A stretch of DNA of 64,000 bases from Octopus sinensis (Eukaryota): assembly GCF_006345805.1 (NCBI RefSeq), contig NW_021836137.1, positions 124,001-188,000 on the forward strand. The letters are read 5' to 3'. The notes below the pieces were generated by a model. That model searched no databases and was not told the DNA's origin. It saw nothing but the letters and a program-made list of their open reading frames with translations. Position numbers and translations under genes: made by a program. Below, piece after piece: positions 51,609 through 64,000 of this stretch. Every line of letters starts with the position of its first letter. Position 1 is the first letter of the stretch.

Positions 51609-52572
51609 TGTATATGTGTAGATTAAATACGTCTGCTGAAAGTTTATACAAAGAATTACACAGATTAAGTTTAAAATGGAACTGCTGTATAAAATTAAAT
51701 TATAAAAGCTTAGATATTGGAATCATTTTATTTTCTATTGTCAATGTAAAAATAAACTAATACAAAAACTTACAAGACAAAATAATTATTGTCGACTGAA
51801 GAAGTTCACTAAATAAGAGCCAACCATGTTATTATAAAGATATTCATAAACTAATACCATTGGTCTATACAAAAATTGACTGAATTTATACAAAAACATA
51901 AAGACATTCAAACTTTTAACATTCCCAAAGCAAAACAGACATAATCTACTTGAAGTTTTACCATATATAATAGAAAAAAATATTTGGCTATCTAAACATT
52001 TTGGAAAGGAAACAAGCATTAATCTCAGTAAAAGACATGACAGAATCTAAGGAAAATATGTGAAACAAAGCACTAAGCTTCACTATTGCCATCAATTCTG
52101 TTCTGTTTGATATTGAGCTGATTTTGAATAAGTAAAATGAGATAAATGGTCTGTGCAACACATCGAGCTATAACCTATAAATCTAAAAGTGAACATCTTA
52201 TTCATTCAGCCATTCTGACTTTATATTTGTATATCACATGTCAATTGTGATACAAAGTGGTGAACAGTAATATATATGAAACTGCTAAACTACTATGTCC
52301 GAAGTTAATAGATGTATGAAACTAATAAATTATGCTGTAGGAATTATCTAGAGTTCAGCATATAAAAATTATAGGTTATTCTTCTGAAACTAATGTTTTA
52401 TTGAAATAGAACTAGGTTTGTTCTACAGCTATCTTTAAGTGCTATTTTCACTTAGAGCTTAAAATAATTTACTTCCACATAATCATATCCAAGTAATCAT
52501 TGGTCTTTAACCTTTACTGCAAACTTTTGAGATATTAGGAGACTATAGTTTTTTTCTGTTACTTATCCACAG

Positions 52573-53777
52573 AACTATTTTCAAACCATTTTTTAATGTT
52601 TTATCAGGTATGTTTAGAAATTTTGGTATTTGTACAAAATATTAAAGCAAATGTTTTGTAACTGGATTCTTTTAATACTAACCAAAGACAAATAAGAAGT
52701 AATTATTTATGTGGATAAAATATACAATAGGTGAATAAAACTATCCAAAGATATATATAAATTTCTTTATTCACTTCAGTGAAACATTTTAGACTACATA
52801 CATAACTAGTCATGTTTTCTCTTGTTACACAGAGACCATTGACTTTTCCAAGGTATATCTCAATCACTGAAGTTGAAAAGATATGTATTAATTTTCAATA
52901 CAATAATAGTTACATTGTTCTGTATTAGAGACTTAGGTTTCAAATAAAACTGTGAGCATCTTTTACATTTAAAATTCAAGCTATCATACGATTCCTTGAT
53001 CTGCTAGACATACCAACCAAATTTCTTTCAAATGTTAAAATGGATTAGGATGATCATAACTGTAATACTCATGCTCAAATCAATCAAGGGTAGATTCGGA
53101 ACTAAGCAGCAAGCAAAGCATTCTTTTTTTTTTTTTTGGACTTCTTATTTTAAATCAATGAAATGATAAAATGCAAACAATAAAAACAAAGCCACTACTG
53201 AAAGGATACCTTTTTATGCCTGAAAGATTTTGCTCATACCATTGACTTGCTAACATTGTCATGTTAAATTGATATTGACCAGGTTCTTAGTTAGTCTAAA
53301 TACTCATTTTTTTTTGCTGGCGAAACAACGAAGTGAAATACCTTGCACAATAACACAATGCACCCCCTGGACTGGGAGTTGAACCCATGACAATATGTTT
53401 GGGTGCCCAGTTGTCTAAACAATTAATTACTCAGAAAACGAAGACTATTAAAAATATTGTACTGTAAAAGTAGAGGTTACTGGTTACACTTGATGTCAAA
53501 CCTAGTTTCAAAGAATTTTCGTTACTAAAATTTAATTTATGTTATCAGAAGTAAAGGTGTTATGAATATATTGATTAAATATGTCCAATTTGAAATTATA
53601 AATATATTTGTGATCTTGATAGATATCTTCCATAGTTAACAAAAACAGTTTTGTCAGATAGAAAAATACTTAAATAATATTAGAACCCATAAAAATTCCT
53701 TAACCGAGGTTTTTTCTTTTTTATTAAAGAAATTAATATCACAGCCTATCTAGAAAGATGGCAATATTTTTTTAGAG
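52573..53777 (+). CDS. Candidate exon pair 52573-52607 (2->1) and 53730-53777 (1->1): TIFKPFFNVLS-E-INITAYLERWQYFFR
   Basis: Strong acceptors (ttctgttacttatccacag|; tttcttttttattaaag|), donors CAG|GTATGT and GAG|GTAAGT, compatible phases. No homologue recognised. Confidence 0.3.
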
Positions 53778-56189
53778 GTAAGTTATAAATCAACATTTAC
53801 TCTGAAGTGGCAGAATGTTCTAAGATTTGTTCTGACTTGTTCTGTATAATAATAAAATTTGAAAAACTAAAATGCAATAGATCAAAGGAAATGAACTGAA
53901 ATTTGAGTTTTAATACTAAATAAATGAATAGACCAGAAATGTTAATTTTACATATAAAAGCTAACATTCCCGTATGAACTTATATTACTTTGTAACGATT
54001 ATAAAATTCAAGTGTCAAAGACTTATGAATGCTATTTCAATTTTAAATTTGAAAGTCATAGAATTGCTGTGAAACTAGTTATATATCAAGAAAGATAAAT
54101 TAATTTTTAAGTTAAAATGATTTTCAAAAGATTCCTATAAATCTTTTCACTTTACATAAATTGCTTTAAGCTGGAACAGGTTTGATTATTCAAGGAATTC
54201 CAAATGTTTTCTATAAATTGTTAGAGCTTATATTATACTGCAGGATACTTCTGCAAGATACTCAGCCACAGCTAAGTGCAATATATATACTTTTTTAACT
54301 AAATTTAAGTATGCTGATAACAATAGTGATACATATATTTTTTTCTAGAATGTAACACAATTCTAGTAGAATAAACCAATCTTAAAACTTTCATATGTAG
54401 ACTGAAATTATAATAATTCATATCACATGCTGCTACATCCAATGAATTCACCAACTTACATATCAAATCTTTACATTTCAATGCAAAAAATGATGTGTTA
54501 ATGTATAATGAATTAGTGCAAATATTTTGACAAAAAATATTTCTATTGGATGCTGATACGATATAATAACATAAAAAAAAATTATTCTGTGTTAAAACTA
54601 CTCAAGCATTATAAAAAGCGAGACACAAAATTCTTCAGCACTATAATTGAGGAAATAAAAATGAAGGCACTTTATGTGTGTAAGAATAGAAGAATTTGAA
54701 GCAATGGAACACCTGATTTATCAATAAGACACTGTTCCAAACACATGATATTCTCAATAAGGGCAACACGTACAGAGAAATTTCCTAGTAAGAAATTTCA
54801 GTAAACATGTTGCTCTTTATTTCCTTCTGGGAAATTTCAATCATAGGATAAAAGTAGAAATTAATGGTATTAGCAGAATGATAACATTTAGTTAATATAT
54901 ATATATTCGTCATTTTTATACAATTTCTATATTGATATGGGTCAGACAAAATTTGCAGAGGTAAATTTTCTATAAACAGATGCTCTTCCTGTCACCAACA
55001 CTCACCTGTTTTTCTATAGCCAGATATATTTCCCAATAAACAGACATATTTACAGGGAAACTTGGAAAGAAAGACCATCACCTGCATGACAGTGAAACTT
55101 GCTTACTATAATCATGTGATATTAAAGCAAGGAGACAGTAACAAACACATAAATAATAGGCTTCTTTCAGTTTCTGTTGAAACATCCATTCACAAGTTTT
55201 TGATCAGCCCTGAACTATAGTAGAACACACACATACTCAAGTATGGTAATGAAAACAGGGAAACTAGATCTCGGCACACTAAACTAGAACCAATGTATTT
55301 TTAAATTTAGCTTTAAAGCTACCAAAGTTACAGATTTATGACAGATTTATGTGTTGCATTTTCCAAATTTGATAAGTGCAATATGTGAAACTCTCACTTC
55401 TTGAGACACTTATATAGCTAAATAAAGATACAAATACCCACCCATTTATATATAATCATCATCATGTAATGTTCACTTTTCCATGCTAGCATGGGTCAGA
55501 CAGAATATACTGCGACAGATTTTCTATGGCAGAGTGCCTCATCTGTTTCCAAACAAGGTAATATTTTCCTATGACCAGACATACATTTGACAGAATAATC
55601 TGAATGCTAAAAGGTTAAGTCAGTCAAAGCTAGGCTTGGGGACTAAACAACATAATTAAGCAGGCATACTTTTCTCTAGAAATTTATTAAAATCCGATAT
55701 GACTTCCAATGAATAATGTAAGAGACAAATACTAAGAAAATTTTTTTATACATTGGAAAATCTAGTAATTAATTATTAATTTGATAAGAATTCGATATGG
55801 CTGTTACTGATTTGAGAAGATAAACAAGTCATTAATTGATCAATATTTTCAATAAGTAAAATTTCAATTAGTGTTTTGACAAGTCATTACAAAGAAATCT
55901 GATCTCCTGAATTTTAAATTCAATAATTTTCCATAAGACCCAATTTCCTGTATAATTTTATGAAGTCCCATTTACTTTATTTATCATGAATCCATATGTG
56001 GTTACTTGATTTGTTATGAATAGTAGCTACATAGCTTTCAAATCATAACTTAATATCTTCAAAATGGAAGGACATATAGAATAATGTAATCCTAAATGTC
56101 AGAAAAAAGGTGGTCACACAAAGAACGACTTTGATCATAGGTCTGCATAGTTATGGCATATCAGGAGTGAAAATATCAAAAGTCACATA

Positions 56190-56790
56190 GGTTACACAGT
56201 GGAACAATGTACATGTGGGTAATGTCAGTGTGCATGTATGACAGAGTGTAAATCATTTAAGAGAAAGATTGGGTATGTGAGGCATCAGAAGTAGTGTGCA
56301 AGAGAGAAGACTGTGATAGTATGGTCATGTGATGTATACGGATGAGGACAGCTGCATTAAGAAGTATTGATCTTTAATTGGGGAGGGAACATGTAGAAGG
56401 GGTAGACCTAGGGAAGACATGGGACAAAGTGATGAGAAAGGATCATCACATGATGGGCTTCACAGAGGAAATGACAAAGGACTGAGACTGTCTATGCATA
56501 CAGGCATGTCCTCTATATCCCTCTCAGCCAAAAGATCATAGTCTTGCAGGCTTATGGGTGCTGGTGCCATGTAAAAGGACCCATACTGACACCACATAAA
56601 GGCACCCATGCCAGTGTCATATAAAAGCACCCAGTACACTCTGTAAAGTAGTTGGTATTAGAAAGGGGATCTAACCATGTCAAAGGAGACAAATGGAGGC
56701 TGAGCAGCTCTTCAGCTGGCCAGCTCCTGTCAAACCATCCAATTCATGCCAGCATGGACAACGGATGTTAAATAGTACTGATGAGGATGA
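56190..56790 (+). mobile_element. RTE LINE 3' end (ORF end plus UTR)
   Basis: 'VQERRL..YGHVMYTDEDSCIKK...RRGRP...WDKVMRKD...GFTEEMTKD' followed by the shared UTR. Confidence 0.85.
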
Positions 56791-57862
56791 TAATAGTGAA
56801 ATAATGTAGATGATTGTGAACTTACTTAGATGTTATCTTATTTCACAATTCAAACCCCAGCAAAAGCAACTTTATATTCAAGGAATACCCATTAATTCTG
56901 CTAAATATATCTCCTTTCTTCACAATGCTGATACTTCTCCAGGTCAAAAGAAATAATTGTAGTGGACATGAAGAAAATTTCTTTAGTCCTTACATACATC
57001 TGCTGTTCAAACGTCTAGCTTTGTTTCTTTATGTATTCCTAATGAGTAACTCATAAAAATTTTAGGAGTTAATCATTTTATAAGGGATGTTGTTGGTTGT
57101 TGAGTTTTTTGTGCATGTTTTTATTTTGTGTATTTTTTTTTTGTTTTTTAACTGGTTTGATCTGGATGAATGTCCTTTGCAAGCCCACTGTATTCAGCGA
57201 AGATCTATGTGGATGGTGCTCCTCTTGAATACCAATAAGTTAAAGGTAGTAACATAAACATGGGAACAGAGGAAATTTCAGTTTGCTGACATTCAGGAGA
57301 GAGAAAGTTTGAGGCCTGAGGAGCGTTGTGGCAGTATGTTTAGAGATTAGACAGTTGATTTGTAATATTTCATTCTTGAATCCAATCAACAACTACAATA
57401 TTTGATTATAGTATTAATTTTATCAACTTGATAAGATGAAAGGTTAAATTGAGCTTAATGACATTCTAAATCATCTCTATAGTTTCCATATTTGATATCA
57501 GCATAAAGCCTACTACATTGCCAAGTAGTTTAAAAAGAGCATTATTTTGCTTCATTATTGAATATTTCAAGTTACATATTTCAAAAATACTTTTGTTATA
57601 ATGTTTGCATTTTCATTGTTGTAACTGTATGGAAGACGACATCTATTGCAAAGTATTATGATTTGATTTGATTCTTAAAATTATTTGATTATCTATTGTG
57701 TTTATTCAAAACTTGCAAACAAATATTTGCTCACCTTACGTAGATAAGATATATGTTTATAGATGGATATCATATGACTTTAAAATATTGGTACTTGGAA
57801 ATTTCGTGAAATCATATATCTTTCAAATCCAAATCTTCACCTGTTTGAATTATTTATATCAT

Positions 57863-58330
57863 ATCATCATCATTTAACATCTGTCTTCCATGCATGCATG
57901 GGTAAGACAGTTGACAGGGGTGAGCCAGATAGAAAACTACCCTAGGCGACTATGTCTGTTTTGGCAAGGTTTTTACAGCTGGATACCCTTTCTAATATCA
58001 TCCACTCTGCAGAGTAGACTCAGTGCTTTTCCAGGACATTAGCACAGGTGAGGTTAGTTTTGGCATGATTTTTACAACTGGATGCTCTTACAAATGTCAA
58101 CCACCTTACAGTGTGGGCTGGATGCTTTTTACGTGGCACAGCATTGGCAGGAACACCAAGTAACTCGCAAGACAAGGAATAATGAGAGGGGCAAAGGTAT
58201 CTGAGAAGGGGAAATTGTGTCAGAGGCTGAAAAGTTAGAGTGACAAAGAGGCAGAGGCAGAAACAGGTGTCTTGCTATAATCGAGGGAGCATTGGAGGAG
58301 ATGATCTGGTTTTAGATGATGAAAGGTTAG
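57863..58330 (-). mobile_element. RTE 3' UTR fragment
   Basis: (CAT)n start and 'ttttacagctggataccctttctaat...ccactctgcagagt' block, duplicated internally. Confidence 0.7.
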
Positions 58331-58708
58331 GGTGTGACATAGAAATAGAGAGGCACAAATTGCTAGTGTGAAAATTACAAAATAACATAGGCAGCTATAC
58401 ACAATATAAAATCAAAAAGAAAAAATTCAATTGTCACTAATTGTAACAGAGGGTGCTAGGTAGCACCTATATTGCCAGAAGTAAGAGTTAAATCCTTAGA
58501 ACTACAAGGAAGCATATTTTCATATACTGACAGGGGAGATAACTATCCTATAAGCAAAACTAGAACACTGGACTAGACTAATTTCATTGGAAGAATTGCA
58601 GACTCATCACCAGTAACTATTCCATAACTGAATGGCTTCACTAAATCCAGATGGTCAGTATATATATTTACCGTATAAATTCATAGGTGAGTTAGAAAAA
58701 TGCTAGTG

Positions 58709-58751
<43 letters not shown>

Positions 58752-59948
58752 TTACACTAGTGAAATGTCAATTTTCGAAGAACGTTCTATTATTTTAATA
58801 GTGAAAGTATTATATGAGATTAATGAAACTGCTTTGTAAAATCCGGAGATTGAAAAGAATTCTACATGCACTCTACTACTCAACCTATTCAATCAATGCT
58901 AGAAATAATTTGTCAAAATTTCAAATAAACTTTTTCACTGGCTAATAATTATATCCTAAATGTTATCTTCACTATAATCATCAACAGTTTAATGGTCCGC
59001 TTTATGCCAATGTATGTTAGATGGCTGTGCATAATAAGCTCTCTCATTTGGGTAATAATTATAAATAAAAATAGGAAATGAAATAATTATCGAGAAATAC
59101 ACTGGTATTCAAGTGTTAATTCTTTATTTCATTAATTAGTTAATTTCATTAACTAATTGAATTTTTTCCCCAAAAAAATAAGGATGGTGGATGATGAAAT
59201 CATAAATCAGTTTAGATCAGTAATAAAACTACGCATATAGTTTTTTTTTATCATTTAATTGCTAAAAAAAATCCTATTTGAAGTCTGCCAATCTATAACA
59301 CAAAAATAAATAAGAAATAACAATCTCAGTTTCATTTTAAAATAGTTTAGCCATATTTGCATGCGTGTATCTGTCAGAATTTTCAAAAAGCCTCAAGAAA
59401 TATCAGAGTCTACAAATGTATGAATCATTAGGGCACATCATGTAAACTGACCAATTTATAAAAGAGTACAGCTATGAGCTTTATCAGCAAAACTGAAATG
59501 AGAGTTGACAAGAATTTTTCTAGATAAAATAGTCCCAAGGTATCAAAATTTAGTCAACCTTCAAGAGAAATAAGTATTAACTACATTGCCAAGTATATCA
59601 TCAAACATAATCACAGCTGTAGTCAGAGCTATGAATATATCATTTTACAAAATATATGAAGAAATTAATTTCAAGGATCTAGAGCACAAGTCTATGAGTG
59701 CTAGATAAACATCAAGAGTTTCATTGATTGACTGATGAAAGAAACAATACTGTTAAAAAGTTAAAAATTATTGTGATCCCTAGTCAGTAGTTAATGGAGA
59801 TAGGGCTTCCTCTGCTTGTTTCATGTAGAATAATGTGTTTGTGTGTGTTTGTTTGTGTGTGTGCACATGCATTGTTAGCATAACTCCTAAAGGAGTTCTT
59901 GAAGAATATTATTTTCTCTCTCATCTTATCATGGATAATTTTACTATT

Positions 59949-60320
59949 CATCATCATCATCGTCCATTTTCCATGCTGGCATGGGTTGGATAGCTTGACT
60001 GGAGCTGACCAGTCAAGGATCTGTCCAGACTCCAATTATATGTTGTGGCATGGTTTCTAGAGCTGGATGCCTTTCCAAATGCCAACCACTTTACTGAGTG
60101 TGCAGAGTGCTTTTTACATACCACCAGCATAGATGCGGTCATGCAGTACCAGCATGAGTGGATTTTATGTGGCACTGGCACCTGTAAAGGATAAGCCTGT
60201 ATTTATGGATGGCAGTGATTTCACTTGGCTTGACATATTTTCTCAAGTACAGCACATCATCACAACTCCCAGTTCCTTTTCATTTCCTCAGTGAGGCCCA
60301 GTGTTAGCTTGCATATATCT
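59949..60320 (-). mobile_element. RTE 3' end
   Basis: (CAT)n tail, shared UTR, and 'LGLTEEMK' ORF end on the minus strand. Confidence 0.8.
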
Positions 60321-60594
60321 CTCCTTTTAATAATTCACAAGAGAATGTAAATTCTGCAAAGCAAAGTAATGAAACAGGAGTCAGTGACAGAGCTCTTTAC
60401 TGAAAAACAGATGATTCAGAAGTTTGCCTTACAACCACAATGTCCCATGTTCAATCCTGCTGTTGCCATCTTAGACAAATGTCATTTTCTATACCCTTTG
60501 TTTAACTCCAACATTGTGAACAAAAACATAGGGGGCAGAAACTGTACAACCCAGCTACAATTATCCAGTTGATGTTTAAACAAGCTATTTAGTA

Positions 60595-61000
60595 TTGGTA
60601 CAGTTATGATTATGTGGTTAAGTTTGCTTCCCAACAATTTTGGTTTCAGGTTTAGTCCCACAGCATGGCACCTTGGACAATCCTCTTCTACTATGAGTGA
60701 ATTTGGTAAATGGAAACTGAAAGAAGTAAGTTGTGTGTATGTGCATGTTCATGTCTCTCTCTCGCTCTCTCTCTCTTCATTTTGACACTGCATAATGGTT
60801 GCAAATGAGTGTCACTGTCACAAAAACAGTATCATTCATCTCTAATCTTCCATGAAACCATGTTTAATCATGAGAAAATATTACCTGGCTCAAAAGTGAA
60901 TGAGAGTTAGTAAAAGGATAGGTATCTGGCCATAGAAAATCTGCATCAACAAATTCCTTATGAACTTTGCATGGAAAAATGAATGTCATGATGATGATGG
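60595..61000 (+). mobile_element. Decayed SINE
   Basis: Head 'atgtggttaagtttgcttcccaac...tttagtcccacagcatggcaccttgg', body 'ggaaactgaaagaag', (GAT)n tail. Confidence 0.75.
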
Positions 61001-63952
61001 TGGTGTGTATTGGTTTTTCAGAAGCAGTTAGAAGATTTAACATTGGAAATAATGTGTGAAGAGAATTGTTGTAACAAATTAATAAATAAATGGGAATTTT
61101 GCTTTTGTGTTTTTTTAAAACTATTTTGCTGGAAAGTCTAATATCAGTATGCTTTTTGTTATCTTATTAATCTGGAGAGAGAGAAAAATGAATATGTGGA
61201 AAAAAATATCTTCAGAAATATAGGACAAATTAATTATATTAAGTCATAGCTTTAATCTCATCATCTTTCAGTTTTTCCTATTTTAGCTAGTTTTTATTTA
61301 TATATTCCTAGTTCTATCAGCTGCCCAGTCTAGCATTTTTCACCTGCTTTAGTACTCTCTCTCTCTCTCTCTCTCTCTCACCTACCTTAGTACTCTCTCT
61401 CTCTCCCTCACTCTCACATACATATCAGTTATTACAAAAAAAACAAATCACTCTTGACATTCTACTACTATATTCTTCAAGACCACTCCAGTCAGTCTCT
61501 CTGTTTCTCTCTCTATCTCTCTCTCCCTCCCTATCTCTTACTCTCTCTCCCTATGCTGTTCTCTCTCTCTTTTTCCTGACTTCATTTGTTTCATGAGTAC
61601 CAAAAGGCATACTTATGTGGTTAAGAAGTTCTTATATGGTTTCCAGTTCAATCCTATTCCTAATTATAAGCTAAAAGTTGTTAATTCATTTCAAATTAGC
61701 CTCTTATTTTAAGAGTAATGAATGGGACAATATGTTCCTTTGTGTAGAAATATATAGCAATGTGAAGTTTGATGTTGACATTTACCACACTTTTATGTCT
61801 ATACATTTACCCCACTACCATCTTTTGTGCCTCTACACAACCACTATTTCATAATTCTGTAAACGATCTTCAAGTTGTAGCCATCTGTACTGAATAGCCC
61901 TTGATTTAACGCATTGTCTCCATTCTAAGATATACAGAAATAAAAAATCCAGAAAAATAAATTTTGTAGTTTTTCTTTCTCTCTATATCTTTATACTTCT
62001 CTATCTTCACAACTTGCTTAGTCTACTTTTTCTGGTGTCCTCCACTGCATGTTATTTTATTTCTTCTTTCTATAACAGAGACATTATCAAAGCATTGCTT
62101 TGCAAACTCAGCTTAGAGAAAGTTCATTGTCATTCTGTAACATTTGAAGAGTCCAGGATGTTGTTAAACAAGTTAAACTGATCTAATGAAGAAGTCTAAG
62201 TGGTCATTTGACCTACTACAATCATCAACAAAATCTCCCTCAAGTTACACTTTAACATCTTAAAAAAGGAAATACATTTTACAACACAGTCTTACATAGA
62301 ATATTTGAAAAAAGACAATGATTGTCATGCGTGGAATATCCACGATTGAGCATGATAGGTCTGCAAGGTCAATACTGGGGATTAAACAACAACAAGGTAA
62401 ATACATCCTTCTAGGTGTGAGACCAGAACTTTATAGCGAAAAATGTTTAACAAGTGAATGCCAAAATATTCAATTTACAGCAATTTTAAATTAATTCATT
62501 TATTACCAACATAACTGGTATATGGTGTTTGATATTCATGTAATCTATCCTATTATATTAATCAGATGAAAGTCAACTGCCAATTGTCTAGTTTCATACT
62601 GATTAAAATACTCAGGGGAAATCTCTGAGACGATATCAAAAGCTTTTAAATATTTTATCATTCTCCATTAAATGTTCTTTCTAAATGTTTATCGCTAAAC
62701 AAGGTAACATATCAAAGTTGACATGATAAGCAACAGAATGTATCATATTTCTTTGGAGGATAAAGTATATTATTAATAACAAAATTGATCAGATATGAAC
62801 AAGAAATGAGCTAAACATATAAATACAGTAGAAATCCACATGGTCATCAGATAATTCTATAGGTCATAACTCTGCTGTTATCCTTTCACCATAAATCAGC
62901 AGTGCATAGGTCATTTGTTGACAATATATGTCTAAAGCAGTATTGTAGATCTGCTCATCTGTAACCAAGTATCCATACAAAAGTGATAACGATATTTCTT
63001 ATTTGTATTCAGGATAATTGTTAGTTGCAAAGACTACATCATTGTGTCACGAACACATTGTGTTATTATTTGATATATAGTTAGAGAGTCAAGTAATTTC
63101 CTCATATCAAGTCAATAGAATCAACATTGAAAGGGAAAAGTGATAAGAGGAGTTAGTTGCCAGTTCATAGAATTATTAAAGCATGAGGCTAGGTAGATTC
63201 TGTTTAGCAGAAGGCTAAATAGCACTTAGGTATTGCTGTTGAGGAAGTCCACTATTCATTATTAGATAGAATGATGATAAAACAGATAAACATAAAAGAG
63301 TGAATGAAGTTGTGGGGATTGAACAAACAAAAGTTCATTCAATCAGCCATTACATGTCATATATTACAACTTCTCAGTAATTGTATGTAGATGCATGACA
63401 CAACATGAGCAGATAGTCATGGAGTTTCTGGGTTGCTTACACTTCAGAGTTTCCATTTTAAACATACTGAAATGATCCGAAAGAAAGATATTAAACGTAT
63501 TATTTGGAGAGGCAATGGAGTGCTTGTAACAAAGGATGTACAAACACATGTCGATCATTAATTTTACAAAATAGATATAGTGTATACCACTGGAAGTGAA
63601 AGGCTACACTCAACAAAAAGCTCTATCTGAAATAATAAATTTGTTTCTCTACGCAATGCATCAACGTATTCAACATTTGATCTCTAATTGAATTCTTTGT
63701 TTGTTGGAGGGTTAGGATTGGGGGGGGGGATATTTTTAGGAGGGGGTGGGGGTCTGAGTTGATTCAGACAATTATTACTTCGCTCTAAGTCTAAAGCTTT
63801 CAAAAGTTTTAATAAATCTAGGTGGCTACATTTTTCAGACCCATCACAAAATTTTAATCAGAGGGCAATCTACAGTAATTACTTTGTCTCATCACTTCCA
63901 AATTACATAATATTCTACCAATTGTATTTATTTAAAATCAGCATCAAATACA

Positions 63953-64000
63953 TAGATGCAGGCAAGGCTGTGTGATAAGAAGTTTACTTCTTAACCACAT
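63953..64000 (+). mobile_element. SINE head truncated by the window edge
   Basis: 'gcaggcaaggctgtgtgataagaagtttacttcttaaccacat'. Confidence 0.65.

Overview
AT-rich (roughly two-thirds A+T) animal genomic DNA. The repeat content points to an octopod cephalopod (Octopus sp.); this is an inference from recalled repeat families, not a database result. I cannot name any protein-coding gene. The window reads as long-intron or intergenic sequence dense in repeats: tRNA-derived SINEs of at least three families, many decayed RTE-clade LINE fragments, CR1/L2-group fragments, a deleted mariner, TTAA-flanked piggyBac-like MITEs, non-autonomous Helitrons, Penelope-like (PLE) remnants and microsatellites. 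Most ORFs in the supplied track come from microsatellites, GA-rich tracts or TE remnants. The most notable signals are: (i) minimal hammerhead-ribozyme-like motifs at 12.65 kb and 19.42 kb, plus one in each arm of a ~450-bp near-perfect palindrome at 12.97-13.42 kb; (ii) twin hairpins at 29.7-30.0 kb with reciprocal CpG decay; (iii) consensus recursive-splice-like sites (polyY-AG|GTAAG) on the minus strand at 42.85 kb and 36.6 kb; (iv) several low-confidence, phase-compatible short exon candidates. I see no evidence for a wholly new biological system. These are leads that need computation or RNA data.
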